This document shows, piece after piece, positions 1 to 9,740 of a DNA stretch of 62,007 bases. The stretch is from a virus (taxonomy: Duplodnaviria > Caudoviricetes): positions 1-62,007 of IMG/VR virus record IMGVR_UViG_3300046323_000511. One strand, given 5' to 3'. How positions within the stretch are numbered: the first letter of the stretch is position 1; each line of letters opens with the position of its first letter. Made by a program: the position numbers and the translations under genes. The notes beneath the pieces are model-generated. The model searched no databases. It had not been told where the DNA came from and saw only the letters and a list, made by a program, of their open reading frames with translations.

Positions 1-134
1 TCTATCAAATCGTCCTACTAAGTAACTCATTTTTGTAGTTGCATCGGGTTTTATATAGGCCGCCCAAGCCTGTCTTTGTTTTGAAATAGTCTTGTAAATA
101 TCTAAAAAGGCAAATCATCCTGAACGCCTAAATC
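1..134. repeat. Terminal direct repeat (left copy), probably assembly overlap of a circular genome
   Basis: Identical to 61874-62007 except C127 vs A62000. Confidence 0.95.
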
Positions 135-347
135 TGTCAATAATTTTTCTGCATCTCTGATCATTATTTCTTTTGCATCTCTGATCATTATTTCTTTTGC
201 TTTTTCCTCTGTGATTTCGTCAATTGATACAATGTTTTGTAAGTCAAAATTAAAATCACTAGCATACGATTGTAATAAATGAAGAATGTTTTTTGCCGTG
301 CAATATTCAATTCTTTCATCTTCTTCAAATTCTATTCTATAAATCAT
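102..347 (-). CDS. Hypothetical protein with an 8-aa tandem duplication
   Basis: 81-aa ORF containing AKEIMIRD twice; ends DDLPF. Confidence 0.7.
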   Translation of the reverse strand: MIYRIEFEEDERIEYCTAKNILHLLQSYASDFNFDLQNIVSIDEITEEKAKEIMIRDAKEIMIRDAEKLLTDLGVQDDLPF

Positions 348-361
348 ATAATTTTTAGTTT

Positions 362-670
362 TTACATTTCAGCTTTTTTACCTAGCAAACTCATTACCAT
401 ACTTGATTTATTGGGATAATTTCTGGCAAGATGCAAGTAGAATTTGTCTATATTCACACCCTCTTCTATCCTGCATTGAGAAAGAATCTGGTATAATTTA
501 GTGGTAAAATTCCTGCCATCCACTTCTGGGTAAATATAAGATTGGCAAAAATCAGAATCAGAATATTGGAATTCAGCAAACATCGGTATATCCTCTGCCT
601 TGCATATCTCTATTATTTTTGCCATCAACGGTGCTATCTGCTCGTCATATATTTTTTCTTTATTTTCCAT
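362..670 (-). CDS. Hypothetical phage protein
   Basis: 102-aa ORF with ACAACTAAAT leader, co-oriented with neighbours. Confidence 0.75.
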   Translation of the reverse strand: MENKEKIYDEQIAPLMAKIIEICKAEDIPMFAEFQYSDSDFCQSYIYPEVDGRNFTTKLYQILSQCRIEEGVNIDKFYLHLARNYPNKSSMVMSLLGKKAEM

Positions 671-688
671 AAATTTAGTTGTTTGTTT

Positions 689-1327
689 TTAGTTAATTTC
701 CAAAATCCCATCACAATTTTCCATTGTGTCATCTAGTAGTAATGCAGTCATTATCAGTATTTCAAAATCTCCGATTTTGACCATAAGCCTATCTTGGCTT
801 GGAAGAAAGTAGGTTATTAATATTTCCTCCCCAACTAGCTTGCGTACCTGTACAATCTTATAGAAAAGTTTCATATTAAAGTAATAACCCTGTGTTTTTA
901 CAAGTGTCGTATAGCTAAAGGTTTTTCTGCGTTGGATATAGCCACTACCATTACACTCTGGACAATTAAACTTTTTCTTGTGTTCTTTATGTTCCCAAAT
1001 CACCATTCCTTTGCTATCACAATTAGTGCATTCTACATTTTTGCCTTCATAATATTTAAATTCATCAAATACTGAATCTTCAAATTTTAGTATCTTTACC
1101 ATATTTGGTTTTGGCAGATTTTCTTCTAAATTTTCAGGCAGATTGTATTTATTCTCTACAATGAAATCGCAGTATTCCTTATCCGTCCGTATCAGTATAC
1201 TCCCATTCGTGGCATATATTTTACCATTAACTTCAAATGGTTCATTCATCCACAATCTATCATCCATTTCCTCATCTCCTACAAATAAGGAAAATATCTC
1301 TTCTGTTTTTGTTTTGTCTGCTTGCAT
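689..1327 (-). CDS. Zinc-finger-containing phage protein (DnaJ-type CxxCxxxG pair)
   Basis: CTNCDSKG ... CPECNGSG motifs. Confidence 0.65.
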   Translation of the reverse strand: MQADKTKTEEIFSLFVGDEEMDDRLWMNEPFEVNGKIYATNGSILIRTDKEYCDFIVENKYNLPENLEENLPKPNMVKILKFEDSVFDEFKYYEGKNVECTNCDSKGMVIWEHKEHKKKFNCPECNGSGYIQRRKTFSYTTLVKTQGYYFNMKLFYKIVQVRKLVGEEILITYFLPSQDRLMVKIGDFEILIMTALLLDDTMENCDGILEIN

Positions 1328-1357
1328 TTATTTAGTTGTTAATTAGTGTACTCGTAA

Positions 1358-1612
1358 TTATTCGCAAAAAATATTCTTCATATCAATATCGTATCGCTCA
1401 CAAATATCCTTCATCCAAACACAGGCATATCCGTTTCGCATAAAACAAGCAATATAGTCATCGGAAAGTAGAGATTCTAGGAGTTTTAAAAAGCCTTCTA
1501 TTTGTGAAAAAGATGGCATAATGCAAACATCCATCTCTCCTTCTTCGTTTAACTGAAAATGATATTCAATATCGTTTTCATTGATATATTTATACAATTG
1601 TAATTCAGTCAT
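1358..1612 (-). CDS. Hypothetical protein
   Basis: 84-aa ORF in tightly packed minus-strand operon. Confidence 0.7.
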   Translation of the reverse strand: MTELQLYKYINENDIEYHFQLNEEGEMDVCIMPSFSQIEGFLKLLESLLSDDYIACFMRNGYACVWMKDICERYDIDMKNIFCE

Positions 1613-1616
1613 AAAA

Positions 1617-1883
1617 TTATCTATTCTTATTTATTTCAATTTTATTTAGTAGTTCTTTTTCGATATCTATCCCAAAGTGTTTTGCAATATTCAGGCATAC
1701 CAAAATAATATCCGCTAACTCCTCTGCTTCGTAAGCCTCCTTAAATTCTTCCACCTCTTCATCTAGTTTATTTGTGAAATCTTGCATAGATGTTTTTGGT
1801 GCTATCAATCCTCGTTTGATAATCGATCTATAATTCTCCTCTATCAATTCAGTCATATAGTTGTTTAGTTTTATTATAATCAA
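1617..1883 (-). CDS. MazG-like nucleotide pyrophosphohydrolase (start may be Met at 1856)
   Basis: KLDEEVEEF...EELADIILVCLNIAKHFGIDIE matches the MazG EExxE/EELAD pattern. Confidence 0.75.
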   Translation of the reverse strand: MIIIKLNNYMTELIEENYRSIIKRGLIAPKTSMQDFTNKLDEEVEEFKEAYEAEELADIILVCLNIAKHFGIDIEKELLNKIEINKNR

Positions 1884-1995
1884 AATAAACTTATTTGATT
1901 TGGATTAAACCCGTATTCTTCTGGGGTAGGATAATACATTCCTTTTCTTTCTGTATCCCAAAATCTAAAATTTATTTCTCTATTCATATTCTCGC

Positions 1996-3120
1996 CTATA
2001 AAAATTCACTTGCCATCTTGGCAACCATAATTGTTTTCCTACTCACCCCTAAATCCTCTGAGATACGATTAGTTTTAACTCCTTGCTCCAGTAGTTCTAC
2101 TATCTGTTTCCTTGTGGAAGACTTCAAGCCATTGTGATCGGATTCAAGCCATCTCATTGCCGATTCCTTGTCGTGAATATTATAGTCATTCCTTTTTTTA
2201 TTACTAGCCACAAAACCGATTTGTGCCACTTCTGGCTTATATACCTGTGGTTTTCTTTCTTCTTCTTTTTCGGCTTGGATTATTATTTGCTGCTTTTCCT
2301 CTTTCGGAGTTAGCACATTTATACCTTCTAGGTATATCCGATAATTAAAATATACGCTGTAATGAATACACAATACAGCCACCAACTCAAATATAAGCGA
2401 TAAGATAAAAGCCACAACTGCATACCGGATGCTTATATCCTTCACTACTTTGCTTCCGCTATTTGTTTTATCCTCTATCTCTGCCACCTTTTTCGTTTTT
2501 TCGCTTTCATAAGCCTGTATTAATCGCTGGTAATTTTGAATTTTGGTCTGCTCCACTTCTGGGATAACTAATAACAATCCCCTTTTTATCTTGTCTGCAT
2601 TCTGTCTCTCTATCTCGTTTGAGATGGTTTTTAACTCCTTCACCTTTGCATCTGCCTCTCTTTCTATCTTGGCAATTAACTTGTCCTTTCTTTTTTCAAG
2701 AATAGACGTACTATCCGTGATGGTGCTTGCTATTTGGTAGGCCCCTATACTGCTTGAAGTAGAACTTAGTATAAAAAGAAATATACTAATCAGCAATGTA
2801 GACACGTCTAATTTATCTGTCTTGTATCTCACTAGGAATAAATCTTTCCAAATTACATACTTTGCAACTTCTAGTGTGGATAGTATCACTATCACTACCA
2901 TAGAAATCACAATAGCCTTGTTTTCAAAGGCAGGTATCATTGTGTCTGCAAGCAAATACAATGATACGCTTGCTAGTCCCATACCGCAAATTTGCAGTAG
3001 TATTTGTGCAAAGGTGGAAAGAAGTATCTTCCTGCCATTATCCTTGTGAAACGGTTTCTTACTAAACATACCTATTGATTTTTGATATATCTTTTCCTCC
3101 CTGATTTTTTCGTAATCCAT
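1996..3120 (-). CDS. Multi-pass membrane protein with coiled coil and C-terminal HTH
   Basis: Three N-terminal hydrophobic segments, a charged coiled coil, a fourth TM, then RKQIVELLEQGVKTNRISEDLGVSRKTI. Confidence 0.7.
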   Translation of the reverse strand: MDYEKIREEKIYQKSIGMFSKKPFHKDNGRKILLSTFAQILLQICGMGLASVSLYLLADTMIPAFENKAIVISMVVIVILSTLEVAKYVIWKDLFLVRYKTDKLDVSTLLISIFLFILSSTSSSIGAYQIASTITDSTSILEKRKDKLIAKIEREADAKVKELKTISNEIERQNADKIKRGLLLVIPEVEQTKIQNYQRLIQAYESEKTKKVAEIEDKTNSGSKVVKDISIRYAVVAFILSLIFELVAVLCIHYSVYFNYRIYLEGINVLTPKEEKQQIIIQAEKEEERKPQVYKPEVAQIGFVASNKKRNDYNIHDKESAMRWLESDHNGLKSSTRKQIVELLEQGVKTNRISEDLGVSRKTIMVAKMASEFL

Positions 3121-3291
3121 ATTATTTATTATTATTATATTAATTATAAGATGTGCAAATATAATACATATAATAATAAATGCAAACGTTTTTAATTATT
3201 TTATTAATGAACATACATTAATGGTATTGATTTGCTATTATTTAATTTGTATAATTCATTATTATATCTATATTTGTGTAAAAAAATACAA

Positions 3292-3624
3292 ATGAACAAC
3301 GAATTTATAGATGAATTTCGCAACTACCTTTGTCAGACAATCAAGGAAAAAAGAATCCTATTGGGTTATTCTGGTGCGAAAATCGCCAAGCTGGCAGGTA
3401 TATCGCAATCATCATATTGGAATTTTGAAAACTCCAATGGCACGCTGGAAGTCAAAGCTCTTATATCTATCATTCACGCCTTGGATTTATACAAAGATAT
3501 ATTCTCCCCCATAAAATCAAAAGCATTGCAGGTTCTTGAAGACAAAGTGGATATACAGCCTGAGATAACCAACAACCAAATCAATGAAAAACTGGATAAA
3601 ATCCTAGCACTTCTTAATTCCTAG
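3292..3624 (+). CDS. XRE/Cro-CI family HTH regulator, putative repressor
   Basis: IKEKRILLGYSGAKIAKLAGISQSSYWNFEN HTH_3 pattern; TATATTTG -7 box near 3269 favours ATG 3292; close to integrase. Confidence 0.8.
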   Translation: MNNEFIDEFRNYLCQTIKEKRILLGYSGAKIAKLAGISQSSYWNFENSNGTLEVKALISIIHALDLYKDIFSPIKSKALQVLEDKVDIQPEITNNQINEKLDKILALLNS

Positions 3625-4289
3625 TTTTCACCTAGCGCCTCGGCCTTTACCCTTGCATACCTTTCAAGTATGTTGCCTGTTCCATAATCAGATCCCATCT
3701 TATTGAATAAAGATAGTTCCCCTATCTCATCAAGTGGATAAATATACTTCCTTAATTCTTCTATTTTTTCTTGAAGCATTTCGTTTTCCTCCCTTATCTT
3801 GGATTTCAAATTAATAGATTTTGCCTTTTTCTCATCATCTCCTTCTGTCTTTTCATTGAGTGCTTCTATGTTCTCCCAAAATATTTTCTCGTATGCCATA
3901 AGGTTGGCAAATTTCATATTATCTTGGTATTTCAAATACCCCATCACCAAAGCCATTACTTCTCTTTCCGTTCCTTCTCGCAAATCCATCAAGTCTCCTT
4001 CTAAGTCCTTGTCCACATTTCCCTGAAATACCATCTCTATTGCCTGTTTCTTTCGCTCTTTGGCGTTATCGGTGTATTTTACTAATCCATTTTTATCATA
4101 GCACAATATTACAAATTTACATATCTCCGCAAAGTATGGATGGCTTTTCAATTTGGAAGTCTTAAATTCCTCTACCACATTTAACCCTGTGGCCTGCAAA
4201 AATTCGCTTCCAGTTATTTTTTTCTTAGGCAGATTCGCTAAGTTAATTTTAAGGTCTGCAATATTTATTGACAAATTTAGCGTATTCAT
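3621..4289 (-). CDS. Conserved-looking helical phage protein (possible small terminase, unproven)
   Basis: 222-aa ORF with C-terminal coiled coil; functional call is inference only. Confidence 0.45.
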   Translation of the reverse strand: MNTLNLSINIADLKINLANLPKKKITGSEFLQATGLNVVEEFKTSKLKSHPYFAEICKFVILCYDKNGLVKYTDNAKERKKQAIEMVFQGNVDKDLEGDLMDLREGTEREVMALVMGYLKYQDNMKFANLMAYEKIFWENIEALNEKTEGDDEKKAKSINLKSKIREENEMLQEKIEELRKYIYPLDEIGELSLFNKMGSDYGTGNILERYARVKAEALGEN

Positions 4290-4340
4290 AATATTTATTA
4301 TTAATTTTACGTTAGTTAAATAAAAGATACAAATAAAACA

Positions 4341-5552
4341 ATGAAAACATATTTAAACTTAAACTTCATCTATTACCCATCTCAGGCAGATACTCAGGGA
4401 AACTGTGTTCTATACCTACGTATCAAAACGGAGACAGGGAAATACGAAATCCTAAGTACCGGGTTTACCACTCCTACAAATAAGAAGGGAAACTATTTTG
4501 ACAAAAAAAAACAAAAATTTACTGGCAAAACCGTCCAACATCTAAACAAAGCCTTGGCGGAAATGATTAGCGAGATTCATACCATATACACCACTCTTGC
4601 CGTAAATTCTCCTAATCCCATATCGGCTGCCATAATAAAAAACAACTATAAAAAATCTCTGGGTACTGATATTACCCTGATGGATTTATTCAACCAATTC
4701 TACACCTACTACCAAGAATCAGCGGATAAGGCAAAAAAAGAGAATACCATCCGCCTTTATACCACCCTCTTTGAAAAAGATATGGTTATTTTTCTTCCCC
4801 TCAAATATACAAAAAACCTTTGTATATCACAGGTTAATCAGGATTTCGCTTATGAGTTTGCAAAATACCTCAAACTCCGTGGCCTTAAAATCAGCACCAT
4901 ATCCCAAAAAATAATGGCGCTTAAAACCGTCTTCTCTTGGGCTGTATCCCAAAAATTACTGAAGGAAAATCCAATTGACTACCAAGTGGATTTCAAAACC
5001 TTTACCCCGGATCACAAAGAGCCTTTGGATTTAGATACCATCAATTTGCTTTTTTCGCACGTATCTAAAAACGAGAAAATAAATCAGGTAAATATCCTAT
5101 TCCAGTTTATGCTAATGACTGGCCTGGCATACTGTGATTTATCTAGCCTATCCGATAAAGACTTTGTAGATAAGGAAGGTAATACTTTCCTTATAAAGAA
5201 GAGGCAGAAAACAGGTATTCAGTCTGTCATACCTTTGTTTCCTACTCTCCTATCCTTGTATGAATCCAATAAGGATTTGATACTAGGACAAAAAGATAGC
5301 AATGCTTTATTCTATCTGCATCTACAAACTCTTCGTAACGAAATCGGCATTAGACAAAAATTGTCTAGCCACATCGCCCGGGTTACATTCTCCCAGATTC
5401 TCTTGGATTTAGGGATAAATGATTATATCCGAAAAAAATTTATCGGTCATTCCTACCGGGATACCCTCTCGCATTACTCCTCCGATAACTACAATCATTT
5501 TGCTTTAATCGGTAAAATGATTGACAACCACATAAAAAAACTAAACCTTTAG
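4341..5552 (+). CDS. int: Tyrosine recombinase/integrase of Bacteroidetes type (arm-binding + SAM-like + catalytic domain)
   Basis: N-terminal YLRI..STG arm-binding pattern; TGLAYCDL, RQKTG, SSHIARVTF (HxxR), IGH...HY catalytic motifs. Confidence 0.9.
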   Translation: MKTYLNLNFIYYPSQADTQGNCVLYLRIKTETGKYEILSTGFTTPTNKKGNYFDKKKQKFTGKTVQHLNKALAEMISEIHTIYTTLAVNSPNPISAAIIKNNYKKSLGTDITLMDLFNQFYTYYQESADKAKKENTIRLYTTLFEKDMVIFLPLKYTKNLCISQVNQDFAYEFAKYLKLRGLKISTISQKIMALKTVFSWAVSQKLLKENPIDYQVDFKTFTPDHKEPLDLDTINLLFSHVSKNEKINQVNILFQFMLMTGLAYCDLSSLSDKDFVDKEGNTFLIKKRQKTGIQSVIPLFPTLLSLYESNKDLILGQKDSNALFYLHLQTLRNEIGIRQKLSSHIARVTFSQILLDLGINDYIRKKFIGHSYRDTLSHYSSDNYNHFALIGKMIDNHIKKLNL

Positions 5553-5573
5553 GTTTACTTTTTTTATTATTAA

Positions 5574-5897
5574 TTATTGCAAAGTTCTCCCTCCTTTTAA
5601 TATATCAATTTCATCTTGACTTGCATTAACCAACTCGTCCTCTCTATATTTGTTCCAACCTATATCATTAGCCTTATCACCCACGGAATGCAGGGTTAGA
5701 ATTGTAGGCGGCATATTCTCTCCTATATTGTGCATTGCTGTTGTGTATAATCTACACAGATAAAATGCCTGTGTCCCTGCATAACAGGTATTGGTATGAA
5801 TCTCCATAACAATCATAATCTGACTATGTAGATTTGATTTCCTTTTGTATTTAATTGATACTAGATCCCCTACAGCAAATTTTGTTTCTATATTCAT
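5574..5897 (-). CDS. Hypothetical protein (SH3-like IETKFAVGDLV start)
   Basis: 107-aa ORF. Confidence 0.7.
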   Translation of the reverse strand: MNIETKFAVGDLVSIKYKRKSNLHSQIMIVMEIHTNTCYAGTQAFYLCRLYTTAMHNIGENMPPTILTLHSVGDKANDIGWNKYREDELVNASQDEIDILKGGRTLQ

Positions 5898-5921
5898 TTT
5901 ATTTATTAATTAAATTGTTTG

Positions 5922-6344
5922 TTATTCACTCTTGATAGTTATTGCAAAAGAATACAATTCGCCATCGGTATCATCAAAACCATTCACTATAAATCCAGTA
6001 GCTTCATTTTTACCTTCAATGGTATAGCTATCGCCTTCTTTATCTAGGTTTTTTTCGTCAACTTCTTTCATTGCTCTTTCGTACATTGTCAGAAATTCAT
6101 CTGCCACAGAAAAAAATCCCATATTATGATATGATTGTAGCTTACCATCACACTCTCGAAGCAAAACGGTATCACTACCGAATGCACCTGATTCTTTTCT
6201 TACTTGGATTACTCTGCCAAATCTCTGTTCTTTCTCACCCATAATTAGACCAGTAATCACTAGGGCTTTATAACCTAATTCGTCTACATTTGAAGTATAT
6301 TTACCCCAATGGGATGGTTCGATTTCTATTTTTTTATCTTCCAT
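5922..6344 (-). CDS. Hypothetical protein
   Basis: 140-aa ORF with ATG and A-rich leader. Confidence 0.75.
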   Translation of the reverse strand: MEDKKIEIEPSHWGKYTSNVDELGYKALVITGLIMGEKEQRFGRVIQVRKESGAFGSDTVLLRECDGKLQSYHNMGFFSVADEFLTMYERAMKEVDEKNLDKEGDSYTIEGKNEATGFIVNGFDDTDGELYSFAITIKSE

Positions 6345-6364
6345 TGTTATTATTGAGTTATAAT

Positions 6365-7078
6365 TTAGACCTCATCATACATATATTCATCAAAATCCTC
6401 GGTATCAATTGTTATCAGGCAGTTGCCTATCACAAGCCTAGCCACATAGGCTGTAAAATCATCGTGCAATACATCCTTGGTAAATGGCATTTCAAGCGTT
6501 CCGCCATTAATTGTTAATTTCATCGTGCCCCCGTATTTCTCCTTTGAGTTATAGTCCCTTGGTAATGAAAGAATCTTGTACTTTTTAGGCTTCCCTTCCT
6601 CGTTATTCCTGTCTGGGTGAAGACAAATTTGATAAACTTTTTCATTTGTATTATACTTCAAATCCACATCAAGCCACCCGTATTTTGATTCTTCCATAAA
6701 AACTTCGCAATCACCAAACTCCTCTGCTTCTGTTGCTTTTATAAACTCTATCAGGATTTCTGAAAAATCAATTTCCTTATCTTCCCTTACTAGAAATTTC
6801 TGAACCAATGGAATGAATGTTTTGGCAACTGCTGTGTTTGCAATCAAGTCTATCTCCTTGGTTAGTGATTCGTTGATGAGTGCAATAATATCTGGCAATT
6901 CAATACCGCTTCCTATCTTTTGTTCCGAAAGTTGTTGGTCTATCTGCTTCCTAAACGGAGAGTTATAGCTGGAATAAAACTCTTCAATACTTTTAATCGC
7001 ACCTAGCATTGCGAATTCTGTTGCTTTTTGTTGCAACACTTCCGTATTCAATATGGGTAAAATCTGTTCCTTTTCCAT
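6365..7078 (-). CDS. Hypothetical protein
   Basis: 237-aa ORF with shared leader. Confidence 0.8.
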   Translation of the reverse strand: MEKEQILPILNTEVLQQKATEFAMLGAIKSIEEFYSSYNSPFRKQIDQQLSEQKIGSGIELPDIIALINESLTKEIDLIANTAVAKTFIPLVQKFLVREDKEIDFSEILIEFIKATEAEEFGDCEVFMEESKYGWLDVDLKYNTNEKVYQICLHPDRNNEEGKPKKYKILSLPRDYNSKEKYGGTMKLTINGGTLEMPFTKDVLHDDFTAYVARLVIGNCLITIDTEDFDEYMYDEV

Positions 7079-7121
7079 TTTATTCTATTTAGTTGTTTTG
7101 TTTTGAAAATTTTAATTATCC

Positions 7122-7529
7122 CTATAACTTAAACCATTTACCACCGTATTGAAATCTACCTTCAACCTGGTTTTCTTCATTGATAAATGTAAACGTTTTA
7201 ATAGGCAGACAGTCGGTATCCACTTCTGCAAATCTACAAGCCTCTGTAAGCATTTTATTAGGATAATAATCAACATCCAATTGTGTTGCATATCTACCCT
7301 TGCCTTCATTTTCTAACAGTAGTTCTGTCAATTTGCTTTTAAAATTTTGCAATTTTTCAGGTGTAACTTTTTTTTGCGCAACAGCAGAACTCATATTTAC
7401 CAAAAATAAACCAATGGTTCCACTATCTGAATAATCGCCATTATTTTGGTTAAATGGTGTTAAAAATGATTTCTCTGCCCACCATTTTACAGTTATTTCA
7501 ACTGCTTCTTTGTACGTCCTTTTTTCCAT
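7122..7529 (-). CDS. Hypothetical protein
   Basis: 135-aa ORF; leader nearly identical to that of 6365-7078. Confidence 0.75.
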   Translation of the reverse strand: MEKRTYKEAVEITVKWWAEKSFLTPFNQNNGDYSDSGTIGLFLVNMSSAVAQKKVTPEKLQNFKSKLTELLLENEGKGRYATQLDVDYYPNKMLTEACRFAEVDTDCLPIKTFTFINEENQVEGRFQYGGKWFKL

Positions 7530-7576
7530 CGTTTTACTATTTAGTTGTTTTGTTTTAAAATCCTTAATTGCATTTG

Positions 7577-7957
7577 TTAGCAGCCCTTTAATCTAGCCAA
7601 TACATCATCGGATGTATGCCCGTCCCAAAGAGGAGCAGTTTCTACTACTTCACAACGAAATAAATCCCAATCTTTATCCTCATAGTGATTTGAAATTTGT
7701 CCTGTTGATAGTGTCGCTGTAACAATAAACCAGCCACCACCAAAGCATAATTCACCGTCTGAATGCCTATGTGACTTTACCACAGGAAAATAATTGTAAG
7801 CAGCCCACATATTAAATAAGGCGGCATTGTAGGCTTTCCTGAATTCATACAATTCATTGAAGGTGTGATACCCATCCGAGTAATTACCCCTAAGTTCGGA
7901 AGGTGTATTATCAATACCCTCCTGTACTTTCATTAAAATTCCGTTTTGATTTTCCAT
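7577..7957 (-). CDS. WDGH-motif phage protein
   Basis: SDGYHTFNELYEFR...GQISNHY...APLWDGHT, a recurrent phage family signature. Confidence 0.75.
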   Translation of the reverse strand: MENQNGILMKVQEGIDNTPSELRGNYSDGYHTFNELYEFRKAYNAALFNMWAAYNYFPVVKSHRHSDGELCFGGGWFIVTATLSTGQISNHYEDKDWDLFRCEVVETAPLWDGHTSDDVLARLKGC

Positions 7958-7986
7958 ATAATTATATCTAAATTATTAATTAAATT

Positions 7987-8463
7987 TTAAAATAAAGTTA
8001 GTTGCTTTTTTTCACCTTCATACAATGCCTTGTATTTTTTCACTAATTTCCTTAAAGAACCAATCACATCAAAATCAAACTTTTCAAGTATCTCTCCAGT
8101 TGGCAGGAACTCTATTTGTAGATACATAAAATTATCCTCATAATAATCGTTCAAATGGATTCTGATTATTTTGTGATTTTTAAAAATTAAATTCAAGATG
8201 TCTTTGTAAATGCCAAAACTTTTAACTTTTTCAATTTTATCCCAATCCCCAGTTCCATAGTATGATAAAACTAAATCCTCAATTTCAGGAAAAATCTCTG
8301 CATCAAATATTTCTACAAAATCAATCCTGTTTACAACACTGATAAAGCATTCAGCCAATTTTATATTTGCTTCGTCCCAACTTTTTAAAAGCAAGCGTAT
8401 TTTTTTTATTGTCTCACTCTCTATTATTTTACTAATCTTTATTATAAGGCAGGTATCCGACAA
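7987..8463 (-). CDS. Hypothetical protein (start uncertain)
   Basis: 158-aa ORF filling an operon gap. Confidence 0.55.
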   Translation of the reverse strand: MSDTCLIIKISKIIESETIKKIRLLLKSWDEANIKLAECFISVVNRIDFVEIFDAEIFPEIEDLVLSYYGTGDWDKIEKVKSFGIYKDILNLIFKNHKIIRIHLNDYYEDNFMYLQIEFLPTGEILEKFDFDVIGSLRKLVKKYKALYEGEKKQLTLF

Positions 8464-8725
8464 ACCACCTACCTATTTTTATGTACTTCCTGTATCCGTT
8501 TCTTTCACTAAAAGACAAGCCTAATTCCTCGTTCTTGAATTTTAATCCTATCCCAAATAACCTGAACCATCCGTAATGTTTTGAATGCACACTTGCCAAA
8601 ATACAGAAATTTTTTATATACAAAAGGCAATAACCTTGTTCTTCTGATTTTGATTTGAATCTGAATTCGTACCGTATTCTTATAAGTTTTAAATCTATAA
8701 TCATTGCTTTTTTTTTGAAAACCAC
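8432..8725 (-). CDS. Hypothetical protein
   Basis: 97-aa ORF overlapping neighbours. Confidence 0.55.
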   Translation of the reverse strand: MVFKKKAMIIDLKLIRIRYEFRFKSKSEEQGYCLLYIKNFCILASVHSKHYGWFRLFGIGLKFKNEELGLSFSERNGYRKYIKIGRWFVGYLPYNKD

Positions 8726-9006
8726 ATTTGTACTCTCCCATAATCAGACAAATTTCTTGCTGGCAGTTCCATCCAATTTGTATCTGCGTCTAACTCATAA
8801 GCCCTACGTTCTATCTCTGCTTGCGTATATCCCCATCCTATCGGATTTAATACAACCTGTGATTCAAGGATAATCACAGGCTCGTCTATCCCTACACCTT
8901 CAAACGATCTAGCAAATCCTTTGCCTGGTAAATCAGCGTAAAGATGGGTAACGCAAGCCTCGTGCATAGCATTACCCTTCTCATCGTATCCTACAAATTT
9001 AATCAT
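8701..9006 (-). CDS. Hypothetical protein
   Basis: 101-aa ORF, ATGA-coupled to upstream gene. Confidence 0.7.
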   Translation of the reverse strand: MIKFVGYDEKGNAMHEACVTHLYADLPGKGFARSFEGVGIDEPVIILESQVVLNPIGWGYTQAEIERRAYELDADTNWMELPARNLSDYGRVQMWFSKKKQ

Positions 9007-9413
9007 ACATCTATCGTTTCCAAGAATCCGTGATACCTCAATAATTTTTTAATTTCATTCCAGTTCACTATCTTTCTAGTTGGCATATCCAAATCTGGAA
9101 ACGTTGGGCAACCCAAGGCGGCATCATCAATGTATAAATCTGCAAACTGCTTATTTGACTTAGACCATTTATGCTGTGTTGGATTTTCATTTACTCCCCA
9201 AAGGATTATGCCCTTATCCGAAAACCAATCTATTGCCTCGTTCAGGTTTTCCCCACTCCTCATCGTCCACAGCATAATCCTATGCCCGTTATTAATTAGT
9301 TCTCTAAGTACTTCTGCCGAATACGGTATAGTCTCCCCTATCTTGGGATATCTGTGCTTTACAACTGTGCCGTCAAAATCAACGGCAATTATCTTGCTTA
9401 TTTTGTTTGCCAT
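9003..9413 (-). CDS. HAD-superfamily hydrolase/phosphatase
   Basis: IAVDFDGTVV motif I, LWTMR motif II, ADLYIDD motif IV. Confidence 0.85.
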   Translation of the reverse strand: MANKISKIIAVDFDGTVVKHRYPKIGETIPYSAEVLRELINNGHRIMLWTMRSGENLNEAIDWFSDKGIILWGVNENPTQHKWSKSNKQFADLYIDDAALGCPTFPDLDMPTRKIVNWNEIKKLLRYHGFLETIDV

Positions 9414-9416
9414 ATA

Positions 9417-9740
9417 TTATTCGATTGTTGCTAAAATTTCATTGATTTTATCTGTACTGAGTTTCGGTATGATTTCAAACAATTCTTTAAGTAGTTTTAT
9501 ATTCATCTCGTTACCCTCGTATGCTATCTGTTGTCCTTTTTCCAGACAAGCTCCAAACGTCTTGTTGGTAATATTCACACACTCCTTCTGGAATTTACGT
9601 GCTAATACTTTGTATTTAGTTTCATACAAAGTATTTTCAATCGTATTATCAATACACTCTATCAGTAGAGAACAGGAAGCCATTGCAAGTGAAAAGTTCC
9701 TGAGTTTTATTTCCATTAACTCTTGATCTTTAGTATCCAT
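9417..9740 (-). CDS. Hypothetical protein
   Basis: 107-aa ORF. Confidence 0.7.
   Translation of the reverse strand: MDTKDQELMEIKLRNFSLAMASCSLLIECIDNTIENTLYETKYKVLARKFQKECVNITNKTFGACLEKGQQIAYEGNEMNIKLLKELFEIIPKLSTDKINEILATIE

Noticed and set aside
7560-7586. Possible attC remnant at the end of the WDGH gene (GGCTGCTAAC)
   Set aside because: Only a core-like heptamer is present with no paired hairpin arms.
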